Of a stretch of 35,943 nt of DNA, positions 1 to 8,447 are shown piece after piece. Each line of letters begins with the position of its first letter. Position 1 is the first letter of the stretch. A program made the translations under genes and the position numbers. Location of the stretch: NCBI GenBank assembly GCA_028286165.1, contig JAPYMU010000177.1, forward strand, positions 1-35,943, written 5' to 3'. Origin of the DNA: Arenicellales bacterium. Lineage in GTDB: Bacteria; Pseudomonadota; Gammaproteobacteria; Arenicellales; Spongiicolonaceae. The notes beneath the pieces were generated by a model. It saw nothing but the letters and a program-made list of their open reading frames with translations, searched no databases and was not told where the DNA came from.

Positions 1-534
1 TTCAATCACGCCGGCGAGGAGGCGCGCTTTGTCGGCCATGCGTTTTGCCAAGTCATCGGCGGCGGTGATGGGCTGGCCTTGGTAGGCGCCGAAGTTTTCG
101 ATGTGGCTGGTGAATTCGTCGAAGTGTTGCGGCAACGGTTTGATTTTCCCGCCGCGCAACTCGGCGATGGCGATGACGGCGACCGCTTTGGTCTCACTGT
201 TGCGGTAAAAACGGAATTCCAAGTAGTTGGTGAAGATGAAGTTGTCGAGGGAGGCGACATAGCGGCTGAACTGTTCGCGGAAAGTTTTGTCGTCCAGCGA
301 CTTGTCGACATCCTTGGCTTCAATGTAGCCGAGCGGAATGGCGTTGCGTTTCAGCACATAATCCGGCGCGCCGCAGTCGGTGATGCGGCGCGGTTCGTTG
401 GTGATGTCCACCTCCGGCAGGAGCGCGCGCAGCAAGATTTCCAAGTCGCCACGGTAGGAATGCTCAGTGGCATCGCCGCGACGGTGGCGGTCGGCGATGG
501 CTTTGAGGTAGGCGCGGATAGGGGATGGGGGCAT
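1..534 (-). CDS. Type IIG restriction-modification enzyme / N6-adenine DNA methyltransferase, N-terminal 178 codons only (3' end lies off the window)
   Basis: Absent from the ORF track because it has no stop in the window. The reverse complement of 534..1 is open for 178 codons from ATG 534..532: MPPSPIRAYLKAIADRHRRGDATEHSYRGDLEILLRALLPEVDITNEPRRITDCGAPDYVLKRNAIPLGYIEAKDVDKSLDD...NFIFTNYLEFRFYRN...KARLLAGVIE. The ATEHSYR / NEPxRxxCGAPDY / GYIEAKD block (PD...EAK nuclease-like core) is the N-terminal module I recognise from fused endonuclease-methyltransferase (Eco57I-like, type IIG) proteins. Family assignment is from memory; no search was run. Confidence 0.6.
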   Translation of the reverse strand, partial: MPPSPIRAYLKAIADRHRRGDATEHSYRGDLEILLRALLPEVDITNEPRRITDCGAPDYVLKRNAIPLGYIEAKDVDKSLDDKTFREQFSRYVASLDNFIFTNYLEFRFYRNSETKAVAVIAIAELRGGKIKPLPQHFDEFTSHIENFGAYQGQPITAADDLAKRMADKARLLAGVIE

Positions 535-676
535 GGGGGGGAGTGTAGCATTGTCAGGGGCATTATCGGCTACACTTTCCCCATGCGAGCGCAAAGAATT
601 GTTCGGGGGTTGGATTATGGGAGCCCGCGGCCCGCCATGCCGGTGCGGGAGGCGGCCGGGGACTGATGCGGTTTTA

Positions 677-1063
677 ATGGTGAACAAAACCGCAAACCGC
701 GCACACTTCGGTTTCGCAACCCCGGTCTTTTACGTCGCCGACGTGGTCGCGGCACGGGATTTTTACCGTGATGTGCTGGGCTTCACCGTGGACACCTGCT
801 GGCCCGACGACAGCGACCCGCAAGTACTGGTAGTGGACTGCGGCGAGGCGCATTTGATGTTTGTGCGCGAAGACAACGGGGAAAAACACTCGCGCCGCGC
901 CGAAGTGCGCATTGAGACGCCGGGCGTCGCCGCGTTGCACGAAAAACTGGCGCCGAAAGTGACGGTGGAATGGGGGCCGGAAGTGTATTTTTACAGCCGC
1001 CGCGAATTTTCGGTGCGCGACCCGAACGGGGTTTCGGTGATTTTTACCGAGGAGGCGGGGTGA
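677..1063 (+). CDS. VOC family (glyoxalase / bleomycin-resistance-like) protein
   Basis: Track ORF 533..1063 trimmed to ATG 677: MVNKTANRAHFGFATPVFYVADVVAARDFYRDVLGFTV...EVYFYSRREFSVRDPNGVSVIFTEE. Typical VOC fold pattern and size (128 aa). Confidence 0.8.
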   Translation: MVNKTANRAHFGFATPVFYVADVVAARDFYRDVLGFTVDTCWPDDSDPQVLVVDCGEAHLMFVREDNGEKHSRRAEVRIETPGVAALHEKLAPKVTVEWGPEVYFYSRREFSVRDPNGVSVIFTEEAG

Positions 1064-1107
1064 AACGTGCTGGCGGGCTTGATGTTCATTTCGTTTGAGT
1101 GTATTTT

Positions 1108-1329
1108 TTATTCCCCGCCCCACCGGAGCATTCCCTGCCTATTCTGCGATTCCTGGTCGCCTTTCACCCACGAAGTGAAATACTTCACCCGCGCCAGAAT
1201 TTCCGCACCGGGGTCAATAAAAGTCCGCCCCAGTTCTTCCATGTCCAGCCAGTAATACTGCGCCCAGCCCTTGGTTCTGAGACCGTAGTAGAGGTTGAAC
1301 CCGTCAATATAAACACAGGATTTTTTCAT
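1108..1329 (-). pseudogene. Truncated NYN/LabA-like nuclease-domain gene (first ~65 codons only)
   Basis: The 73-aa ORF MKKSCVYIDGFNLYYGLRTKGW..YWLDMEEL...ARVKYFTSWVKGDQESQNRQ carries the N-terminal IDGFNLYYG and KYFT motifs of NYN-domain proteins, which are normally over 200 aa. The frame stops at 1108, and 45 bp further on the convergent VOC gene ends. Confidence 0.6.
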
Positions 1330-1371
1330 AACTTGTTGATTTTATTTATGTTTAATTTTTTATCGAAAGGG

Positions 1372-1399
1372 TTGACAATTTTCGGGCAGAGGTTATTAT
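1372..1399 (+). promoter_or_regulatory. sigma70-like promoter (TTGACA - 16 bp - TATTAT) with no downstream ORF
   Basis: TTGACA at 1372-1377 and TATTAT at 1394-1399, inside an AT-rich spacer. The hexamers could be chance in AT-rich DNA. Confidence 0.35.
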
Positions 1400-1435
1400 T
1401 CCTTTACCCCACCGGGGGTTTCGTACCCCGGCCCG

Positions 1436-1466
1436 GCGCCGCCCGCTAATGGCGGCGCTCTTTTTT
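1436..1466 (+). terminator. Rho-independent terminator (plus-strand polarity)
   Basis: An 8-bp all-GC stem GCGCCGCC (1436-1443) / GGCGGCGC (1451-1458) with a 7-nt loop, followed by TCTTTTTT (1459-1466). It lies 5 bp from the pfk stop on the other strand, where an A-run precedes it and no U-run follows. Confidence 0.55.
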
Positions 1467-1470
1467 GGCC

Positions 1471-2733
1471 TTATAGCACGAAACCGCGCTTCAGTTTTTT
1501 CCGCACCGCGACATTCTTAAGCCGCGCATAATCCGGCATGCCGTTTTTGTACGGCGGGTAATCCTCGCCCTGAATTAGCGGCTCCAGATACGCGCGGCAT
1601 TTTCCGGTGATGTTGTAGCCGTCGCGGGTGATGAAGTTTCGCGGCATCTTTTTTTCGCGGTTGGCGATGCGCTGCAGCGGGGCCTCGGTGATGTTCCAGC
1701 GGTAGGGCTTGTGGCTGGTGCGGCGGATGGCCGGCATCACGGCGTTTTTGCCGGCCAGGGCGAACTCCACGGCGGCTTTGCCAACGGCGTAGGCCTGTTC
1801 GACGTCGGTTTTGGAGGCAATGTGGCGCGCGGCGCGCTGCAGGTAGTCGGCGACGGCGTGGTGGTTTTTGTAGTTGAGGTTTTCTTTCACCAGTTGCGCG
1901 ACCAGCGGCGCGGCGCCGCCGAGTTGGGTGTGGCCGAAAGCATCTTTGCCGCCGGCCGCGGCGAGAAATTTTCCATCGGCGTAGCGCGCGCCTTCCGACA
2001 CCACCACCGACACATAGCCGAACTTGCGCACTTTGCGCTGCACCTCGGCGAGAAATTTTCCCTGGTCAAACGCAATCTCCGGAAACAAAATCACCAGCGG
2101 AATGCTGTGCCGTTCATCGGCGGCCAGACCGCCGGCGGCGGCAATCCAGCCGGCGTGGCGGCCCATCACTTCCAAAATAAAAACCCGGGTGGAAGTGCGC
2201 GCCATGGAGGCCACATCAAACGACGCCTCGCGGGTGGACACGGCGACGAACTTCGCCACCGAGCCGTAGCCCGGGCAGTTGTCGGTGAGGGGCAGGTCGT
2301 TGTCCACGGTTTTGGGAATGTGAATGGCCTGCATGGGATAGCCGAGGGCGCGCGACAGTTGCGCGACTTTGAGGCAGGTGTCGGCCGAGTCGCCGCCGCC
2401 GTTGTAGAAAAAGTAGCCGATGTCGTGCGCGCGGAACACCTCCACCAGCCGCTCATATGCGGCGCGGTCCTGCTCAAGCCCGGCGAGTTTGTAGCGGCAC
2501 GAGCCGAAGGCGCCGGACGGGGTGTGGCGCAGCGCGCGGATTGCGGCCGCCGACTCGCGGCTGGTGTCGATTAAATCCTCGGTGAGGGCGCCGATGATGC
2601 CGTCGCGGCCGGCGTAAACCCTGCCCAGGCGCCGGCGGTGGCGGCGCGCCGTCTCAATCACGCCGCAGGCGCTGGCGTTGATGACCGCGGTCACCCCGCC
2701 GGACTGGGCATAGAAAATATTGCGCGCCACCAT
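1471..2733 (-). CDS. pfp: 6-phosphofructokinase, probably pyrophosphate-dependent (Pfp type)
   Basis: Track ORF 1471..2871 trimmed to ATG 2733 (MVARNIFYAQSGGVTAVINAS...), 420 aa. PFK motifs NGGGDSADT, IPKTVDNDL and EVMGRHAGWIA are present. The Lys in PKTVDND and the Asp in GGGDS sit where ATP-PFKs carry Gly, which is the pattern associated with PPi specificity (inference). Confidence 0.85.
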   Translation of the reverse strand: MVARNIFYAQSGGVTAVINASACGVIETARRHRRRLGRVYAGRDGIIGALTEDLIDTSRESAAAIRALRHTPSGAFGSCRYKLAGLEQDRAAYERLVEVFRAHDIGYFFYNGGGDSADTCLKVAQLSRALGYPMQAIHIPKTVDNDLPLTDNCPGYGSVAKFVAVSTREASFDVASMARTSTRVFILEVMGRHAGWIAAAGGLAADERHSIPLVILFPEIAFDQGKFLAEVQRKVRKFGYVSVVVSEGARYADGKFLAAAGGKDAFGHTQLGGAAPLVAQLVKENLNYKNHHAVADYLQRAARHIASKTDVEQAYAVGKAAVEFALAGKNAVMPAIRRTSHKPYRWNITEAPLQRIANREKKMPRNFITRDGYNITGKCRAYLEPLIQGEDYPPYKNGMPDYARLKNVAVRKKLKRGFVL

Positions 2734-2833
2734 GCCCCGATTGTCGCACAAAAGGCGCCCCGCCGCCCTCGCCGGCGGCGCGGTTTTGTTGTAAAATGCG
2801 CCGTCACCGAAAGAAAACGATGAGGAAGTTCTG

Positions 2834-3751
2834 ATGCGTATTGTACTGCTTGGCGCGCCCGGTTCCGGCAAGGGGACGCAGGCGAAGTTACTTGGTGAGC
2901 GTTACGGCATTCCGCAAATTTCCACCGGCGACCTGTTGCGCGAGGCGGCGGCCGGCGGCGGCAACCTCGGCCGCCAGGCCAAAACCGCCATGGCCGCCGG
3001 CGAACTGGTGTCGGACGAGGTGGTGCTCGGCATGATCGAGCAGCGGCTGAAAAAGCCGGACACCCGGCGCGGCTTCATTCTGGACGGTTTCCCGCGCAAC
3101 ATTCCCCAGGCCCAGGCGCTGGACAGCCTGCTCAACTGGCTCGGCCGGCCGCTGCAGGTGACGCTTTACATCAATGTCAGCCAGGACACCCTGGTCAAGC
3201 GCCTCACCGGGCGCATCACCTGCGGCGCCTGCGGGGCGATCTACAACGAATTCTTTTCGCCGCCGCGCAAGAGCGGCGTGTGCGATGCCTGCGGCAAGCG
3301 CAAATTGAAAAAGCGCGGCGATGACAACGCCGCCACCGCGCGCAACCGCCTGGTGGTGTATGAGCGCGACACCGAGCCGCTGGTGGACTACTACAAAGCG
3401 CAGCAGAAATTGCGCACCGTCAGCGGCGGCGGCGGCGTCAAAGACATCTGCGAGCGCATCAGCGGTTTAATTGACGCCGACATTCGCCCGCTGGCGGCCG
3501 CCGTGGACCTCGGCGGCGGCGGCGGGGACGGCGCGCAAACCATCATTTCCGGCGGCCAGGTGGTCACCGCCGAAACCCCGGCGGCGGCGAAAAAATCCGC
3601 GCCCGCCAAAAAGAAAAAGCAAACCACCGCCGGCAAGCCAAAACCGGCGAAGAGAAAAACCGCCGCCGTTTCCCGCGCCGGCAAAACCAAAGCCGCCGGC
3701 AAAAAAACGTCGCGCAAAAAATCCACTACCACCACTCGGAGGAAAAAATGA
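2834..3751 (+). CDS. adk: Adenylate kinase with Cys4 LID and ~90-aa C-terminal extension ending in a lysine-rich tail
   Basis: MRIVLLGAPGSGKGTQA P-loop, GFILDGFPRN, and a LID with CGAC...CDAC. The core is about 215 aa. It is followed by ...GGGGGDGAQTIISGG... and then PAAAKKSAPAKKKKQTTAGKPKPAKRKTAAVSRAGKTKAAGKKTSRKKSTTTTRRKK. GAGGA sits 7 nt upstream of the ATG. Confidence 0.95.
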   Translation: MRIVLLGAPGSGKGTQAKLLGERYGIPQISTGDLLREAAAGGGNLGRQAKTAMAAGELVSDEVVLGMIEQRLKKPDTRRGFILDGFPRNIPQAQALDSLLNWLGRPLQVTLYINVSQDTLVKRLTGRITCGACGAIYNEFFSPPRKSGVCDACGKRKLKKRGDDNAATARNRLVVYERDTEPLVDYYKAQQKLRTVSGGGGVKDICERISGLIDADIRPLAAAVDLGGGGGDGAQTIISGGQVVTAETPAAAKKSAPAKKKKQTTAGKPKPAKRKTAAVSRAGKTKAAGKKTSRKKSTTTTRRKK

Positions 3752-4101
3752 ACACCCAGCCCGCCGCACCGCGCAAAGAAAGAACCGTGCTCAGCATCTA
3801 CGCCGGCGCGGTCTGCTTCATCATGGTGATGTGCTTCACCGTCGCCCTGTCCATCACTGTCTACGGCGTGGTGAGTTACAACTTCCCGCAGTTGACCGTG
3901 GATGAGCGCGAGCAACTCTACATTCTGGCGCCGGGCTTTGAAATGTCCAAAGGCACCGGCGAAAAGCCGACCAGGGCGGAGATGATTGCCAGCGAGAAAA
4001 GAGGCGCGCTGCGCGACATCGTCAAATATTCCATCGTGATGGCGGTGAACATCATCGTCTTTGTGCTGCACTGGCTGCTGTTGCGGCGGCGGCGCAACTG
4101 A
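3748..4101 (+). CDS. Hypothetical small membrane protein (two predicted TM helices)
   Basis: ATGA overlap with the adk stop. GC-rich third codon positions. Hydrophobic stretches LSIYAGAVCFIMVMCFTVALSITVYGVV and YSIVMAVNIIVFVLHWLLL. No family recognised. Confidence 0.55.
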   Translation: MNTQPAAPRKERTVLSIYAGAVCFIMVMCFTVALSITVYGVVSYNFPQLTVDEREQLYILAPGFEMSKGTGEKPTRAEMIASEKRGALRDIVKYSIVMAVNIIVFVLHWLLLRRRRN

Positions 4102-5458
<1,357 letters not shown>

Positions 5459-5468
5459 CCGCGGGGCA

Positions 5469-6212
5469 ATGAACCAGCGCGCGCATTTCGGCGACCGCGA
5501 GGTCAGCGAGGCGGAAAAAACCCGGCTGGTGGGTGAGGTTTTCCATTCGGTCGCCGCCAAATACGACCTGATGAACGACTTGATGTCGCTGGGCGCGCAC
5601 CGCTGGTGGAAACAATTCGCCGCCGCCCGCTCCGGCGTCACCCAGGGCGACCGCGTGCTGGATGTGGCGGCCGGCTCCGGCGACTTGTGCAAGTTGCTGG
5701 CCGGGCGCGTGGGTGAGGGCGGTTTTGTGGTGATGAGCGACTTGAGCGACGCCATGCTGAAGCGCGGGCGCGGGCGCATGTTAGATGCCGGCCTGGCCGG
5801 CAACATCGCCTGGGTGCGCGCCGACGCCGAGCAACTGGCCTTCCCCGACAACACTTTTGACTGCGTCAGCATCGCCTTCGGCCTGCGCAATGTCACCCGC
5901 ATCCCGGCCGCCCTCGCCTCCATGCGGCGCGTGCTGCGGCCCGGCGGGCGGCTGCTGGTGCTGGAATTTTCCAAGCCGCAGTCGCCGCTGCTGGCGAAAA
6001 TTTACGACGCTTATTCGTTCAGCGTCATCCCCCAACTCGGCGCGCTGGTGGCCGGCGACCGCGGCAGTTACCGCTACCTGGTGGAGTCCATCCGCAAGCA
6101 TCCGCCGCAGGAAGAGTTGCGCGCGATGATTGCCGCCGCCGGTTTTGAGCGCGTTGAAGTTTACAATCTGGCCGGCGGCATCGTCGCCGTGCATGTCGGC
6201 TTCAAATTCTGA
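5469..6212 (+). CDS. ubiE: Ubiquinone/menaquinone biosynthesis C-methyltransferase
   Basis: Track ORF 5244..6212 trimmed to ATG 5469: MNQRAHFGDREVSEAEKTRLVGEVFHSVAAKYDLMNDLMSLGAHRWWK. SAM motif VLDVAAGSGD. 247 aa. Confidence 0.95.
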   Translation: MNQRAHFGDREVSEAEKTRLVGEVFHSVAAKYDLMNDLMSLGAHRWWKQFAAARSGVTQGDRVLDVAAGSGDLCKLLAGRVGEGGFVVMSDLSDAMLKRGRGRMLDAGLAGNIAWVRADAEQLAFPDNTFDCVSIAFGLRNVTRIPAALASMRRVLRPGGRLLVLEFSKPQSPLLAKIYDAYSFSVIPQLGALVAGDRGSYRYLVESIRKHPPQEELRAMIAAAGFERVEVYNLAGGIVAVHVGFKF

Positions 6213-6213
6213 A

Positions 6214-6834
6214 ATGTTTTCGCTGCTGCTGGAATTTCTGCAGGCCGCCGCCAACCGCCTGCTGCGCGCCGACGCGGATGCGGCCGGCGCATTGCGCGCG
6301 GTGGACGGCAAGACCGTCGCCGTCCGCATTGCCGGCGACGCCGATGCCGGGCGCGCCGTGATGGTGCACATCGCCGATGCGCAGTTGTGGTGCCGGCCGG
6401 GACAGCGCGCCGAAGCCGATGCGGTGCTGACCGCGCGGGCGGAAACTTTTGCCAAGGCGCTGCGGCGTTTGTGCGGCGGCGGGGTTTGCGGCTTTGACGA
6501 AATTGAAATCAGCGGCGATGCCGAAACCGGCCGCCGGTTTATCGCCGCCCTGGCGCGTTTGCAAGTGGACTGGGAAGAAGAGACCGCGCGCTTTACCGGC
6601 GATGCCCCGGCCCGCGCGGCCGGCAGCACGGCGCGCGCGCTCAGCCGGCTGCTCAGTCAAAACTGCGCCGCCGCCGCCGAAGACTTCGGCTGGTTCCTGA
6701 AAGACGAGGCGCAACTTGCGGCGCGCGGCGATGAAGTGGACGCGCTGGCGGATGAGGTGCGCCAACTGCACGCCGATGTGACTGATTTTTCCCGGCGGTT
6801 GCGCGCCGCCGAGGAGCGCGCGCGGCGGCGATGA
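6214..6834 (+). CDS. ubiJ: Ubiquinone biosynthesis accessory factor, SCP2-domain protein
   Basis: Track ORF 6130..6834 trimmed to ATG 6214, 1 nt after the ubiE stop. It sits between ubiE and ubiB. N-terminal SCP2-like region, Arg/Ala-rich helical C-terminus. Confidence 0.8.
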   Translation: MFSLLLEFLQAAANRLLRADADAAGALRAVDGKTVAVRIAGDADAGRAVMVHIADAQLWCRPGQRAEADAVLTARAETFAKALRRLCGGGVCGFDEIEISGDAETGRRFIAALARLQVDWEEETARFTGDAPARAAGSTARALSRLLSQNCAAAAEDFGWFLKDEAQLAARGDEVDALADEVRQLHADVTDFSRRLRAAEERARRR

Positions 6835-8447
6835 AGCAGGCCGGCCTGTTCCACCTGCTGCGCATCGCGCGGGTGTGCGTCCGCCACGGGCTGGACGATT
6901 ACCTGGTGTCGCTGAAGTTTTTCGGCGGCATGCGTTTTGTGTCGCGGCTGCTGCGGTTCGGCGCGCCGCCGCCGCGCAAGCCCCACGCTGTCCGCCTGCG
7001 CGAGGCGCTGGAGGAACTGGGGCCGGTGTTTGTCAAGTTCGGGCAGATGCTGTCCACGCGCCCCGACCTGCTGCCCGATGACCTGGTGGCCGAACTCACC
7101 CGGCTGCAGGACGATGTCCCGCCCTTCGCCGGCGACGTCGCGCGGCGCATTGTGGAGCGCGCCTACGGCGAGCCGCTGGCGGCGCGCTTTGCCGAGTTTG
7201 ACCATCAGCCGTTTGCCTCGGCCTCGGTGGCGCAAGTGCACCATGCCGTCCTGCACGACGGCAGCGCGGTGGTGGTGAAGGTGATCCGCCCGGACATTGA
7301 AAAGGTCATCCACCGTGATCTCAGACTGCTGTATGCGCTGGCCGAAATGGCCGCGCGCTTCTGGAGCGAGGCGCCGCGCCTGCGGCCGCTGGAGGTGGTG
7401 GAGGAATACGACAAAACCATTCACAACGAGTTGGACCTGCTGCACGAGGCGGCCAACGCGAGTTTGCTGCGCGCAAACTTCACCGACTCGGCGATGATTT
7501 ACGTGCCGCGAATTTATTTTGAGCACACCCGCCGCGAGGTGATGGTGATGGAGCGCGTCAGCGGCATTCCCATCCGCGACGTTGATGCATTGCGCACGGC
7601 CGGCATTGACCTGCGCCAACTTGCGCACAACGGCGTTGAAATTTTTTTCACCCAGGCCTTCCGCGACGGTTTTTTCCACGCCGACATGCACCCCGGCAAC
7701 ATTCTGGTCGCGCCCGACGGCCAGTACCGCGCGGTGGACTTCGGCATCATGGGCAGCCTGGGCGAGTCGGACAAGCGCTACCTGGCGGAAAATTTTCTTG
7801 CATTCTTCCGCCGCGACTACCGCGCCGTGGCGCAGGCGCATCTGGACGCCGGCTGGGTGCCGCCGCAGACGCCGGTGGAGGAATTTGAGGCCGCCATCCG
7901 CACCGTGTGCGAGCCGATCTTCGCCCGCCCCATCCGCGAAATTTCCTTCGGCAGATTCATCGTCCGCCTGTTCCAGACCGCGCGCCGTTTTCAGATGCCG
8001 GTGCAGCCGCAACTGCTGCTGCTGCAAAAGACGCTGCTGAATATTGAGGGCGTGGGCCGCGCGCTGTATCCCGACCTTGACCTGTGGCAAACGGCGAAGC
8101 CGTATCTGGAACGGTGGATGGCCGAGCAGGCCGGGCCGCGCGCGGCGGCAAAAAGAATTGCCCGCGAGTTGCCGCGCTGGGGCCGCATCGCGCCGGAGCT
8201 GCCGATGCTGGTTTACGAAGTGCTGCGCCGCGCGCAGGGCGAGGATTTGCTGCTGCGCGTCCGCTCCGATGAGTTGCACAAACTGCGCCGGGAAATCCGC
8301 GCCGGCCACCGCCGCCAAATCTGCGCCATCACCGGCGGCATTCTTCTCGCCGCCGCCATCCTCACCGCCACCCTCGGCGCCGCCACCGCCGCCTGGCTGG
8401 CCGGCATCGCCGGCGGTGTTTTGCTGCTGCTGAGTTTTCGGCCGTGA
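6831..8447 (+). CDS. ubiB: Ubiquinone biosynthesis regulatory protein kinase (ABC1/AarF family)
   Basis: ATGA overlap with ubiJ. Motifs ELGPVFVKFGQMLSTRPDLLP, ASASVAQVHHAVLHDGSAVVVKVIRP and FFHADMHPGNILV, with a C-terminal TM segment. Confidence 0.95.
   Translation: MKQAGLFHLLRIARVCVRHGLDDYLVSLKFFGGMRFVSRLLRFGAPPPRKPHAVRLREALEELGPVFVKFGQMLSTRPDLLPDDLVAELTRLQDDVPPFAGDVARRIVERAYGEPLAARFAEFDHQPFASASVAQVHHAVLHDGSAVVVKVIRPDIEKVIHRDLRLLYALAEMAARFWSEAPRLRPLEVVEEYDKTIHNELDLLHEAANASLLRANFTDSAMIYVPRIYFEHTRREVMVMERVSGIPIRDVDALRTAGIDLRQLAHNGVEIFFTQAFRDGFFHADMHPGNILVAPDGQYRAVDFGIMGSLGESDKRYLAENFLAFFRRDYRAVAQAHLDAGWVPPQTPVEEFEAAIRTVCEPIFARPIREISFGRFIVRLFQTARRFQMPVQPQLLLLQKTLLNIEGVGRALYPDLDLWQTAKPYLERWMAEQAGPRAAAKRIARELPRWGRIAPELPMLVYEVLRRAQGEDLLLRVRSDELHKLRREIRAGHRRQICAITGGILLAAAILTATLGAATAAWLAGIAGGVLLLLSFRP

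Noticed and set aside
79-666. 195-aa plus-strand ORF, with 6..323 and 351..563 on the minus strand, at the window start
   Set aside because: These are shadow ORFs of the real minus-strand R-M gene (frame ending at 534). Their products are low-complexity Ala/Gly/Val/Arg strings without motifs, whereas the unlisted frame gives a recognisable nuclease-like N-terminal module.
2792-2797. TAAAAT hexamer upstream of adk as its -10 box
   Set aside because: There is no acceptable -35 or TG extension at the right spacing. It is plausible but not supportable from sequence alone.
3600-3650. The adk tail DNA (GCAAACCACCGCCGGCAAGCCAAAACC) resembles the sense strand of the 21-bp units (GCAACCACCGTTCCTGCAAGCCAAACC)
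   Set aside because: The two matching blocks are spaced differently (4 nt versus 6 nt). The similarity can be explained by Lys/Thr/Pro/Ala codon composition. This is not enough to claim that the tail derives from the repeat family.
6657-8318. 553-aa minus-strand ORF
   Set aside because: It is entirely antisense to ubiB, which has clear ABC1 kinase motifs. There are no motifs in the antisense product.
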